NCBI GenBank assembly: GCA_021780535.1
Contig: JAJXYN010000009.1
Span: 150,538 to 214,537 of the forward strand
Origin: a bacterium
GTDB lineage: Bacteria; Patescibacteriota; Patescibacteriia; JAGPKW01
DNA: 64,000 bases
Direction: 5' to 3'
Below are positions 56,001-63,732 of the stretch, piece after piece. The stretch's first letter is position 1; each line of letters starts with the position of its first letter. The notes under the pieces are model-generated. The model was not told where the DNA came from, made no database searches, and worked only from the letters and a program-made list of their open reading frames with translations. A program made the position numbers and the translations under genes.

Positions 56001-56878
56001 GATCATATTTTATTTTTAAAGATAGATCTGAGGAAGATAAAAAAGAAGTTTTTAAAATAATGGATTGCGTTTTGGATAATATTAAGGACCCAAGAGTTCT
56101 TGATATGTTTGAGTTTCTTTTGCATAGCTCTAAAACATGGAATATAGAAGAAGATGAGCTAGAAACTTTAAGAAATAAGCTAACTAATATTATAAAAGAT
56201 TTACATAATATAGAACATCATTCTAATGAATTGCTAACATTTTCTATAAATAATAATATGGATAAGTTTATAGATTTTTTAGAATACAGATTGTTAAAGC
56301 ATAAAGAGTTTGTAGAAAAAAATGATTATTCTTTTGATGCGATACCATATGAAGGTTTTCGTTTATTGAAAAATATAATATCAAATTATAATGATTTTTA
56401 TAATCTTATTTTAAAAACAAATTCTTGGATAAAGGATAATTTATTTTATCCATTTGAATTGGATAATTTGCTTAAAGAATTAGAAAATTGCGATACATAC
56501 ATAGATGAATTTATAGAAAAAAATATTAATTCTAATGACAAAAAGATATTTAGCATTCTTATTAATTTTTTATATAGCATTGATTTTACAGAAAAATCTA
56601 GCATTATTTTTTTAAACACATTAATTAATTCTCAGAATCTTGGATTAATAGACGAAGCGAAGAATTTATTTATTCATAAAGTTTTAAGCGGCTCGTATTC
56701 ATCTAGCATAGGAGAAGCTCCACCGGCTTTAGTAAATAAGAAAAATATTTTGTATAAATTAGAAAAAGAATGTCCAAATGGAATAATAAAGGTTTTTATA
56801 TCTTCTATTAAAGATTCTATAGAAAAACAAATAGAAGATAATATAAAAGAAGGTCAAGAATTAATTAACCCTAAATAA
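53054..56878 (+). CDS. Giant Mrr-like nuclease / P-loop NTPase / helical-repeat protein (Avs/STAND-like candidate antiviral sensor)
   Basis: aa 30-80: FIFSNPYIGKDGGWDGMYKGKYMEIDGTWSFQSKY matches the Mrr_cat PD-(D/E)xK block (D-G-G-x-D ... Q-x-K). aa about 195: IHASGGCGKTYFINQ (Walker A). About 245: VIIFLDDSERY (Walker B). Then about 1000 aa of alpha-helical repeat-like sequence. Confidence 0.65.
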   Translation: MKLIEWSKIDNDKTFQKLVNDVFSLEINHPGFIFSNPYIGKDGGWDGMYKGKYMEIDGTWSFQSKYTKNNGIEACRSLKSQIIKELEKSKTNKVDNLILLTNADLTVDQVNELILLNTGYVKNFFIWPKENLDSKIKDYPWIRHRYFNDVQQPAFAPFINIDNDDYNHVEIETKREQEEKMFSDFLLDDKKILIIHASGGCGKTYFINQIFKKYSNNTNEYNFLYYIPGIRDVDDALNDELDISKNVIIFLDDSERYIEDVTKKLLSRVNSYSPGKIKIVLITRTSGKSIIIDIINSLGIAIDKYEEIELQKLPNDSLIKILNFFAKKNVSNSEEILNEVSSNLFLLISIGKLISKNKGKVNVKSIKNKIKYDLEKDVCDSLKIFSLSDQKIKELLFELAILIPFNDDNLDILEKISNKLSLNQSDIKKYIQKLKTDKILINIGYSIRFYSDMVGDVYLSVIFDSDDGTLIKNILNSWFEVFPEKIISNISSAVKHSDGDFNKDPIRNTIKEISINSTKLDDFNKINKLKTFSQIAYIIPDEIIDLIYCFLQTSEKITTDDCGPIIINLLYLQEESIRKKLIELILFVSDKNIEGKYQNYKIETLAKRFVSPIYNTLECATSSLNLVSNISKKQNLTNSEIKIIKYSLEESLSSSHDYEESYGIKMTFSKKILNYKNEVKEKIDIYRDLAMNTLHECLKNNDDDIKNEFIDLISDIGNGETSKNYSIWDRIILDKEKTIDFIEEILKTPTNNKIIASLEDILIREWSNNNIYKDGTNNKISKILINFPRNPEYIIFKNFISKDIIIYDFKNIEEIAPDKDRWSWIIDNYFRNEDIKMDEFEKTVEEISKKYNKKEDIISYLISLYKDVKDNLTWQYIPLIETWSKYNKSVFIEIINDETLLNKLPIIFNLGIYIVAADDDEKYITSLANKILNDDIKNINIQYLYNLLNLIDRHKISNKIFIPWILEIIKNSNLSAQSGILHRSYFIFKDRSEEDKKEVFKIMDCVLDNIKDPRVLDMFEFLLHSSKTWNIEEDELETLRNKLTNIIKDLHNIEHHSNELLTFSINNNMDKFIDFLEYRLLKHKEFVEKNDYSFDAIPYEGFRLLKNIISNYNDFYNLILKTNSWIKDNLFYPFELDNLLKELENCDTYIDEFIEKNINSNDKKIFSILINFLYSIDFTEKSSIIFLNTLINSQNLGLIDEAKNLFIHKVLSGSYSSSIGEAPPALVNKKNILYKLEKECPNGIIKVFISSIKDSIEKQIEDNIKEGQELINPK

Positions 56879-56883
56879 AAAAT

Positions 56884-57708
56884 ATGACAAAAAATTCATA
56901 CGATAAAATTTGGGGTTATGTAGAAAAGCTTTATATACATTGTTATAGAGTCGACGGTTTTGTTAAATTTTTAAAATCTAATGAAATATTACTACCAGAC
57001 GATTTCTATAATAATTTTGAAATATATTCTTTTATGACAACTGAGAATTGTAATTTCTCCGATTTTATGATTTCGAATGTTGATGATAGTAAATATAAAA
57101 AAATAATTAGCCAAGTGATATTTGATAAAAAAATTATTAAAACAAAGGATATTGATTGGAATTATCTTGGAGTTAAAATAAAAGAGTGGTATCCAAAATT
57201 ACTTAAAGAAGTAGATAATGTTAAAATATCTCTGTATGAAAACATAAACGAGAAAGATTTGTTAATATATAATACAAAAAACCCATTTCTCGATCATTTA
57301 ATATCAGAGATTAATGATACTTATAATAATAAAAACTATGTAGCAGTAATAATGTTGATGAGAAAATTAATGGAATGCATGATAATAATAATATTTGAAA
57401 CATATTTTCCAAAAACTCACAAAGGAACATTCAATAAATCAAATCACGAATTATGGTATAACTATAGCACTCGTAGATATCAAGAATTTGAAACATTATT
57501 ATCTAATCTAGACTTAAAGCAAAATGATTTTCATGAAGATAGATTCTTAGTATCTGATACTTGCAAGGTTATAAAAAAATTCAAAGACGAGGCTAATAGA
57601 ATAGTCCATAGAGACTATAAAATACCAGATAAGATGATAGTTGATAATTATAAAATACCAGAAATGTATAATATGATTGCTAAAATATATAGCAAATATT
57701 GTTCATGA
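56884..57708 (+). CDS. Hypothetical protein (274 aa), same operon as the NTPase and TIR genes
   Basis: Starts 6 nt after the NTPase stop. No motif recognised. Confidence 0.45.
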   Translation: MTKNSYDKIWGYVEKLYIHCYRVDGFVKFLKSNEILLPDDFYNNFEIYSFMTTENCNFSDFMISNVDDSKYKKIISQVIFDKKIIKTKDIDWNYLGVKIKEWYPKLLKEVDNVKISLYENINEKDLLIYNTKNPFLDHLISEINDTYNNKNYVAVIMLMRKLMECMIIIIFETYFPKTHKGTFNKSNHELWYNYSTRRYQEFETLLSNLDLKQNDFHEDRFLVSDTCKVIKKFKDEANRIVHRDYKIPDKMIVDNYKIPEMYNMIAKIYSKYCS

Positions 57709-57776
57709 ATATAAAAATAATACGACCACTTCATGTAGCAATGAAGTAACCACTAAATAAAAATTTAAAAATAAAT

Positions 57777-58814
57777 ATGCCAGAAAATAATAACGAAATG
57801 GATTTAGATGAATCTATAAAAAAAATTATAGAAATTCAAAATTTGATAAGACAAGGTCTAGCAAGGCCAGATGAAAAAAACAATGCTTTCAAAATAGCAA
57901 AAGATGCTACATCTAATTTTACAGATGATATTTTTAAAAGAAGAGCTGAAAAAGAAGAAAGAAATACGGGTTGGTCGGTGCAAACACACGATGGGTTTGT
58001 AGCCTCATCAGAAGCTAGTCAATTAGACGGACTTCTAAATTTATTAAAGGAATATAGAGACACTTTTTATTCTACAAAAAATACTGAGCAAAATTATCCA
58101 GAAATAGAAAAAAATGAAGAAATAGAAAAAGATATTAATAATTTTGGTTCAAAAATATTTATTAGCTATAACACAAAACATAAAAATTTTGCCGGAAAAA
58201 TAAAAGAGTCACTTTATGAAAATAAGATAGATTCTTTTTTAGCACATGAAGATTTAGAAGTATCTACTGAATGGAAAATAGAAATATTAGAAGCTCTAAA
58301 AAAATCAAATGTATTTATAATATTACTTTCTAGCGATTATTATGAATCTCCTTGGTGTTATCAAGAGTCTGGAATTATAGCTTATTTAGAAAATTTTAGA
58401 GATAATGTAACAATAATACCAATTTCTATAGATGGCACAATTCCAAAAGGATTTATTGGTCATAGACAATCTAAACCAATAATAAATATGGAAGAATTTG
58501 ATTTTTCTATACTTTTGCCAGGTTTATTTATTGATAATCCTGATTGGGTTGTAAATTTTTTAATTAAAAAAATAGAAGGGTCAGGAAGTTTTAGAAATGC
58601 CGAAAATAATTTTGAAAAAATATTACCATACTTAGGAAAAATGAATAAAAAATATGGTAAAAAATTACTAGAAGTATGCGTAAAAAATGACCAAATTTAT
58701 AATGCTAGTCTTTGTATAGGTGAATATATATCAAAAGCAATAGCTTTGTATGGCGATTTATTAAGTAAGGAAGATCTAGATTTTTTAAATAATAAAATTG
58801 AAGCCTATAAATAA
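57777..58814 (+). CDS. TIR-domain protein
   Basis: Central region DIFISYNTKHKNFAGKIKESL...SNVFIILLSSDYYESPWCYQESGI has the TIR hallmarks: FISY start, hydrophobic core strand, and SxWCxxE with a conserved Glu. It is flanked by about 120-aa N-terminal and about 100-aa C-terminal extensions of unknown function. Confidence 0.7.
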   Translation: MPENNNEMDLDESIKKIIEIQNLIRQGLARPDEKNNAFKIAKDATSNFTDDIFKRRAEKEERNTGWSVQTHDGFVASSEASQLDGLLNLLKEYRDTFYSTKNTEQNYPEIEKNEEIEKDINNFGSKIFISYNTKHKNFAGKIKESLYENKIDSFLAHEDLEVSTEWKIEILEALKKSNVFIILLSSDYYESPWCYQESGIIAYLENFRDNVTIIPISIDGTIPKGFIGHRQSKPIINMEEFDFSILLPGLFIDNPDWVVNFLIKKIEGSGSFRNAENNFEKILPYLGKMNKKYGKKLLEVCVKNDQIYNASLCIGEYISKAIALYGDLLSKEDLDFLNNKIEAYK

Positions 58815-58825
58815 GTGTGCTATAT

Positions 58826-58988
58826 AAATAAATCTAATATTAGCCAATAATTATCAACACAAGTCAATCAAATACTACACTACGTACTGTCCAATTTGTC
58901 CAATTTTTTCTATTGAAAAATGAGATGCTAGTGCATCTCATTTTATATTCTCTGAAGTATCAAAACGCTTGCTGGTATTGAACTCAAT
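58826..58988. repeat. Direct repeat B1 (about 160 bp), paired with B2 at 62287..62446
   Basis: atctaatattagccaataattatcaa...aatttgtccaattttttctattgaaaaatgagatgctagtgcatctcatttt...ctgaagtatcaaaacgcttgctggtattgaact. Contains a terminator-like hairpin. About 85-90% identical to B2. Confidence 0.75.
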
Positions 58989-59089
58989 GCGTACCCAACG
59001 CGACTGTTGAGCCAAGTAGTATAAGTGACTCTATTGCGTCACTCACAAAAATAAGCCACTTTACTGTGGTTTATTTTTAATTTAAAAAA

Positions 59090-59875
59090 ATGTTAAAAAA
59101 GGAAATTTGTGAAATTATATATAAAAATGCTTATGATATCTTATTAAATGAGATTGGAAAACATGATTTAGAATTACATTTAGAAAATGACTCTAAATTT
59201 AATGATATAAATACAATAACATATAGATTAATATCTTCTGCACAAAACAGGCAAATGATGCCTAATGTGATAAAATTTCATAAAAATGAAGAAGCAATGA
59301 AAAATATTCTATTTAATTTTTCACATAATAATATATTAAATACTTATAAAAATAGTGAGTTATTGTTAAATATATTTAAAAAAAAATTTAGTAGCGCAAA
59401 AATATCTAATGAAAAAAGAAATTTATGGTTTCAATTTTCTGAAAGTATTTTTTCAATATGTAATTTTATGTCTAACTTTAAAGATGAAAAAGAATTTAAC
59501 AATTTTGTTAAATCATTTAATTTCAATAAATACACAAAAGCCTCTTTACCAATGCTTTTAAGTACAGAAATAAAGGGCTTTAGATTTGCTTTAGCTTGTG
59601 ATTTTTTAAAAGAATTAGGTTATAGAGAATACCCAAAGCCAGACATTCATCTAATTGATATATTTTATGAATTAAAACTTTCCGAAAGTAGAGATCCTTA
59701 TGATGTATATAAAAATATAGTTGAGTTTTCTGAAATTATAAATATTGATGCTTATTCTGTTGATAAGATTTTTTGGTTATTATCTTCTGGTGATTTTTAT
59801 AGAATAAACAAAACAATGAAATCTAAGAAAAAAGAATTTATTGAAATGATGAAAAATAAATTATCCATTAATTAA
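59090..59875 (+). CDS. Hypothetical protein (261 aa)
   Basis: Open frame between repeat B1 and repeat A2. Confidence 0.4.
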   Translation: MLKKEICEIIYKNAYDILLNEIGKHDLELHLENDSKFNDINTITYRLISSAQNRQMMPNVIKFHKNEEAMKNILFNFSHNNILNTYKNSELLLNIFKKKFSSAKISNEKRNLWFQFSESIFSICNFMSNFKDEKEFNNFVKSFNFNKYTKASLPMLLSTEIKGFRFALACDFLKELGYREYPKPDIHLIDIFYELKLSESRDPYDVYKNIVEFSEIINIDAYSVDKIFWLLSSGDFYRINKTMKSKKKEFIEMMKNKLSIN

Positions 59876-60043
59876 AAAACTAAAAAAGCGATGATTTTGT
59901 ATAATATCATCACTTTTTTATTTATGTGCGTATTTGCTTGTTTTTATTGGTACTGTACCCTCTTCTATTGTTATTAACTTATTTTCTTTATTTTTTTATG
60001 TAAGCTATTATAAATAAGCCAATGCGACAGAGGTCTCTCGACC
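59875..60043. repeat. Direct repeat A2, paired with A1 at 39615..39785
   Basis: aaaaagcgatgattttgtataatatcatcactttttt atttatgtgcgtatttgcttgtttttattggtact...gtaagctattataaataagccaatgcgacagaggt. Same hairpin and downstream blocks as A1. Confidence 0.8.
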
Positions 60044-60089
60044 TTTTAAATAAAGAGTTTTATAATAATTATGAATATAAATTATAAAA

Positions 60090-61376
60090 ATGGGACCATC
60101 ATTAATATTTGATAAATCTACTTTACAAGGTTTAAATCCAGACGAATCTGTGTGGCTCGAACATTTTTATATTAACAACATTACACCATTATTTTTTGTT
60201 GAGACATTGGCTGATTTAGAACTTGAAATGAAAAAAGGTAGAACACCTGAAGATATCGTTGGAAATTTGGCTTATAAAACTCCAGAAATGGCTAAAGTAA
60301 ATGCATATCATAGAAATTTAATACAATCAGAATTATTATATGATGATTGTATTATTGAAATGTCAGGAAGACCGGTACTGCCAGGTGGAAGAACTGTTGT
60401 TTCTGATGGAAAAATTGGAATAATATTTGACGAATCTCCAGAAAATGAAGCTTTCAAAAGATGGCAAAAATCCGAATTTTTAGAAATAGAAAGAAGTATA
60501 GCAAAGACATGGAGGTTGTCTTTAAATGAAATAAATACAGAACAAAATTTTAATAATGCTAAGATTTTTTTTAATATATTAAATAAGTCAAAAACATTAG
60601 ATGATCTTAAAACAAATATTGATAGAATTTTAGATGTTCCTAAAAACGAAGAAATATTAAAAAATTCTTTATACATAATGAATATATCTGATAGTGCTCA
60701 TGATTCAATAATAAAAAAATTTAGAGAATCCAAATTTCAAACAATTAAAGAAATTTTTCCATACTTTGCTTATGTTCTATCTGTTGATTTGTTTTTATAT
60801 TTTGGCAGTGATAATAATCTATTTTCTTTCCTTCCACATTCTGCAACACATAAGGTTGATATGGCTTATTTTTATTATTTGCCTTTTTGCAATATTTTTA
60901 CATCAAATGACAAACTACACGTAGCCTTATCAAAGTATTTTATGAGACAAGATCAGGCATTTATTAATGGATCTGACTTAAAAAATGAACTTAAAAGGCT
61001 TGATGAATATTATTCTAAATTTTCAGAAGAAGTAAAAGCTAGAGGTCTTTTTTCTCTTGCACCTTGTCCACCAGATGAAATTGATTCTTTGACTGTTAAA
61101 ATGTGGGATAAATATATGAGTAAAGATTGGAGGGAAATAAAAAATAGAATTAGAAAATTTGATGGGTCAGATAAAATAAACCCCGAAGCTAATAAAGTTA
61201 TTTTGGACAAAATCAAAGAGATGATGCAAAAATCAAAAACAGTGGAAGATGGAGCTTTGCACAATTCTGACGATGCAGATAGTATAATTATTAGACATAT
61301 GGTAAAAGCAAAAAAAGGAAAATGGACTAAGTTTCCACCAGAGGTTTTAAAATCTAAACCTCTTATGGAAGATTAA
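60090..61376 (+). CDS. Hypothetical protein (428 aa), candidate cargo gene of a decayed recombinase cassette
   Basis: Open frame lying between repeat A2 and a serine-recombinase gene fragment, in the same relative position as the R-M module is to A1 and the intact recombinase. Confidence 0.45.
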   Translation: MGPSLIFDKSTLQGLNPDESVWLEHFYINNITPLFFVETLADLELEMKKGRTPEDIVGNLAYKTPEMAKVNAYHRNLIQSELLYDDCIIEMSGRPVLPGGRTVVSDGKIGIIFDESPENEAFKRWQKSEFLEIERSIAKTWRLSLNEINTEQNFNNAKIFFNILNKSKTLDDLKTNIDRILDVPKNEEILKNSLYIMNISDSAHDSIIKKFRESKFQTIKEIFPYFAYVLSVDLFLYFGSDNNLFSFLPHSATHKVDMAYFYYLPFCNIFTSNDKLHVALSKYFMRQDQAFINGSDLKNELKRLDEYYSKFSEEVKARGLFSLAPCPPDEIDSLTVKMWDKYMSKDWREIKNRIRKFDGSDKINPEANKVILDKIKEMMQKSKTVEDGALHNSDDADSIIIRHMVKAKKGKWTKFPPEVLKSKPLMED

Positions 61377-61600
61377 TTATTCAATAATTATTTCTTTATC
61401 TTTTATTAAAAATTTACTCTTGATGCACCCCGTTAATTGTTTCTTCTGTTCTATATTTCCATCTCTCAATATAAACTTAGCATAAGTTTTCATATCAATA
61501 ATATCATTGTGATTATCTTCTTTAGATATGCCAAGAACGTTTCTTCTAAAACTATTATATCTCTGTATTTCTTCTTCTCTAATATAAATTTAAGCATGAA
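61376..61600 (-). pseudogene. Truncated remnant (3' about 220 bp) of a second large serine recombinase gene
   Basis: About 88% nucleotide identity by eye to 43610-43830, the C-terminal coding end of the intact recombinase. Similarity stops abruptly near 61600. Confidence 0.7.
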
Positions 61601-61646
61601 TAATGGACTTTTTAATGTTTTTATGCTAATAAATTAGTAATAACAT

Positions 61647-62249
61647 ATGGAGGTTTATATGAACTTATCAAAATTAATTGATTCTTTTGTGAATAATGAA
61701 AGGAATGAAGATGTTCTTTTCTATTTTCAAGAAATCTTCAATCAAGAAGGTTTTGGACAGAATAGATTTCATAAGTATGACGTTCTAAATCACACAAGAA
61801 AACTAGTAAAACAGTACAGGAAAGCTGATTTTATCTCTGAAAAAGTAAGAACCTATCTTTCTGAAATTATTGATGGTATTTCCAAAGACCTACTACTCCA
61901 AGTTGCTATGTGCTTTCATGATTCTGGAAAGAAAATAATGAAAGACTCTACCGGAAGTATGAAAGGACATGCTGAATATACTGTAAAAAATCAACTTGAA
62001 GAAATATCTAAAAGATTTGGTTTTACAGAAAATCAGAAAATGTATGTCGGCAATATTATTCTTTATCATGACTTCATCTTGAGTGATAGTGAAGAAGTAA
62101 ATAAATTCTTGAAAGATAATCACATTGAAGTCGAAGGATTAATTATTTCTCTAGTAGATATTCTTTCTACCCAAGGTGAGGAAGCTTTTGGTGAAGAAGA
62201 TATGACAAGAATTGATTTTGGTAAAGAAAAATTGTTGAATGTTTTGTAG
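61647..62249 (+). CDS. HD-domain phosphohydrolase-like protein
   Basis: FHKYDVLNHT...VAMCFHDSGK fits the H...HD metal-binding motif of the HD superfamily. Confidence 0.5.
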   Translation: MEVYMNLSKLIDSFVNNERNEDVLFYFQEIFNQEGFGQNRFHKYDVLNHTRKLVKQYRKADFISEKVRTYLSEIIDGISKDLLLQVAMCFHDSGKKIMKDSTGSMKGHAEYTVKNQLEEISKRFGFTENQKMYVGNIILYHDFILSDSEEVNKFLKDNHIEVEGLIISLVDILSTQGEEAFGEEDMTRIDFGKEKLLNVL

Positions 62250-62286
62250 TAATACCTCAATTTTGATATTGAGGGCTTTTATTTTA

Positions 62287-62446
62287 TTAAATATCTAATA
62301 TTAGCCAATAATTATCAATATAAGTCAATCAAATACTACGCTACATACTGTTCAATTTGTCCAATTTTTTCTATTGAAAAATGAGATGCTAATGCATTTA
62401 AGACACTCTTCTCTGAAGTATCAAAATGCTTGCTGGTATTGAACTA
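62287..62446. repeat. Direct repeat B2, paired with B1
   Basis: Same atctaatattagccaataattatcaa...ttctattgaaaaatgagatgcta...ctgaagtatcaaaatgcttgctggtattgaact blocks as B1. The hairpin is partly degraded. Confidence 0.75.
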
Positions 62447-62489
62447 AATATGGTGGATTAGTTTTAAATTTGACTTTATTGTTTAAAAG

Positions 62490-62846
62490 ATGTATAATAT
62501 GTATATTGAATTCCATAGGAGGGGTTTTATGTTAAAAGTTCAAAGAAACGAAAAAACTCCCAACATTGTGGAGTTTTATAGTGAAGAGTACAAGGATGGC
62601 AAAGAGCCTGAAATTACTCTTAATGAAGAGACTGGTTCACTTATTCTCTACAAGACTTTCAAACATGTTCCAATTGAAATTAATGTAATGTTTGAAGTCA
62701 AAATGAAAAGAGAAAAACGAAAAAGAACAGAGGATGAAAAAAAACTTCTAAAATCTCAACTGACTCAGAAATGTAGTCATTCTGGAGATGAAATAAGAAT
62801 AATTTCTTCATTCAATGATTATTACTCGTTTGAGACTAGTCATTGA
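62490..62846 (+). CDS. Hypothetical protein (118 aa)
   Basis: Open frame preceded by GGAGG (62518-62522). Confidence 0.4.
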   Translation: MYNMYIEFHRRGFMLKVQRNEKTPNIVEFYSEEYKDGKEPEITLNEETGSLILYKTFKHVPIEINVMFEVKMKREKRKRTEDEKKLLKSQLTQKCSHSGDEIRIISSFNDYYSFETSH

Positions 62847-62881
62847 TGAGCAAGCTAAAATAACAGCCTGCTCTTTTTATT

Positions 62882-63589
62882 TTATGCCGATAAAGCATCT
62901 AAAGCATTTTCATAAGACTTTATTATACTTAGATATTGTCTTACTACTTCTATCTTATATTCTCTTGGAAGATTTGTATTACTCTTAATTTCATCTTTAT
63001 CTTCCTCTATTTTAATCAAAGCTACTTCTAGTCTAGATTTTCTTTCATCTAATGACCTTTTATCATCAAGCATATCAAAAGTTTCAATGCCATAAATATA
63101 TGAACTTAAATTTTCAAACTCTCTACTTTCAATTGATTCTTTGCAAAGATTCATATTTTCAATATTTCTTTCTAAATCTAGAATAGCATCTGGATTTGTA
63201 TTGCTTTCTAATCTTTTTTGCAATCTAGCTATAGTTTCATTAAACTTATCAATATATGCTTGTTTTAATAAAGGAATACCATCTTCTAATAGTTCTGAGA
63301 ATATTTCATTATCTATTCTTCTTTTTAAATTTCCTGCATTATATGCACTTGGAATTTCTTCTTTTTGTCTTGATAGTCTAGCAACCATTTTACCTATTTC
63401 TGGACTTCTAACACTGGCATTATCCATCTGTTTTCTAAGAAAACTATCTATCTTTGAAAAATAACCATATAAAGTGGTTTTTAATTCTATTAAATCTTTA
63501 TCGTCATCATTTAATTTTTCTCCTAAATTCCTTCTTCTTTCTTCTTCTGTTGGGTTTACTTTCCATTCATTTGAGTTATCTAATGACAT
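62882..63589 (-). CDS. Hypothetical protein (235 aa, predicted coiled-coil rich)
   Basis: Open frame. No motif recognised. Confidence 0.4.
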   Translation of the reverse strand: MSLDNSNEWKVNPTEEERRRNLGEKLNDDDKDLIELKTTLYGYFSKIDSFLRKQMDNASVRSPEIGKMVARLSRQKEEIPSAYNAGNLKRRIDNEIFSELLEDGIPLLKQAYIDKFNETIARLQKRLESNTNPDAILDLERNIENMNLCKESIESREFENLSSYIYGIETFDMLDDKRSLDERKSRLEVALIKIEEDKDEIKSNTNLPREYKIEVVRQYLSIIKSYENALDALSA

Positions 63590-63732
63590 ACCTATTATTT
63601 TATTAATTATATGAGCTTATTATACTTAAATAAATTACTTGAATCAAATATATAAACAAAAAACAACTCCGATGATTATCTACAGTTTTATCATGCTGAA
63701 ACAAAAAGAAGATGTATTAATTGCATCTTCTT

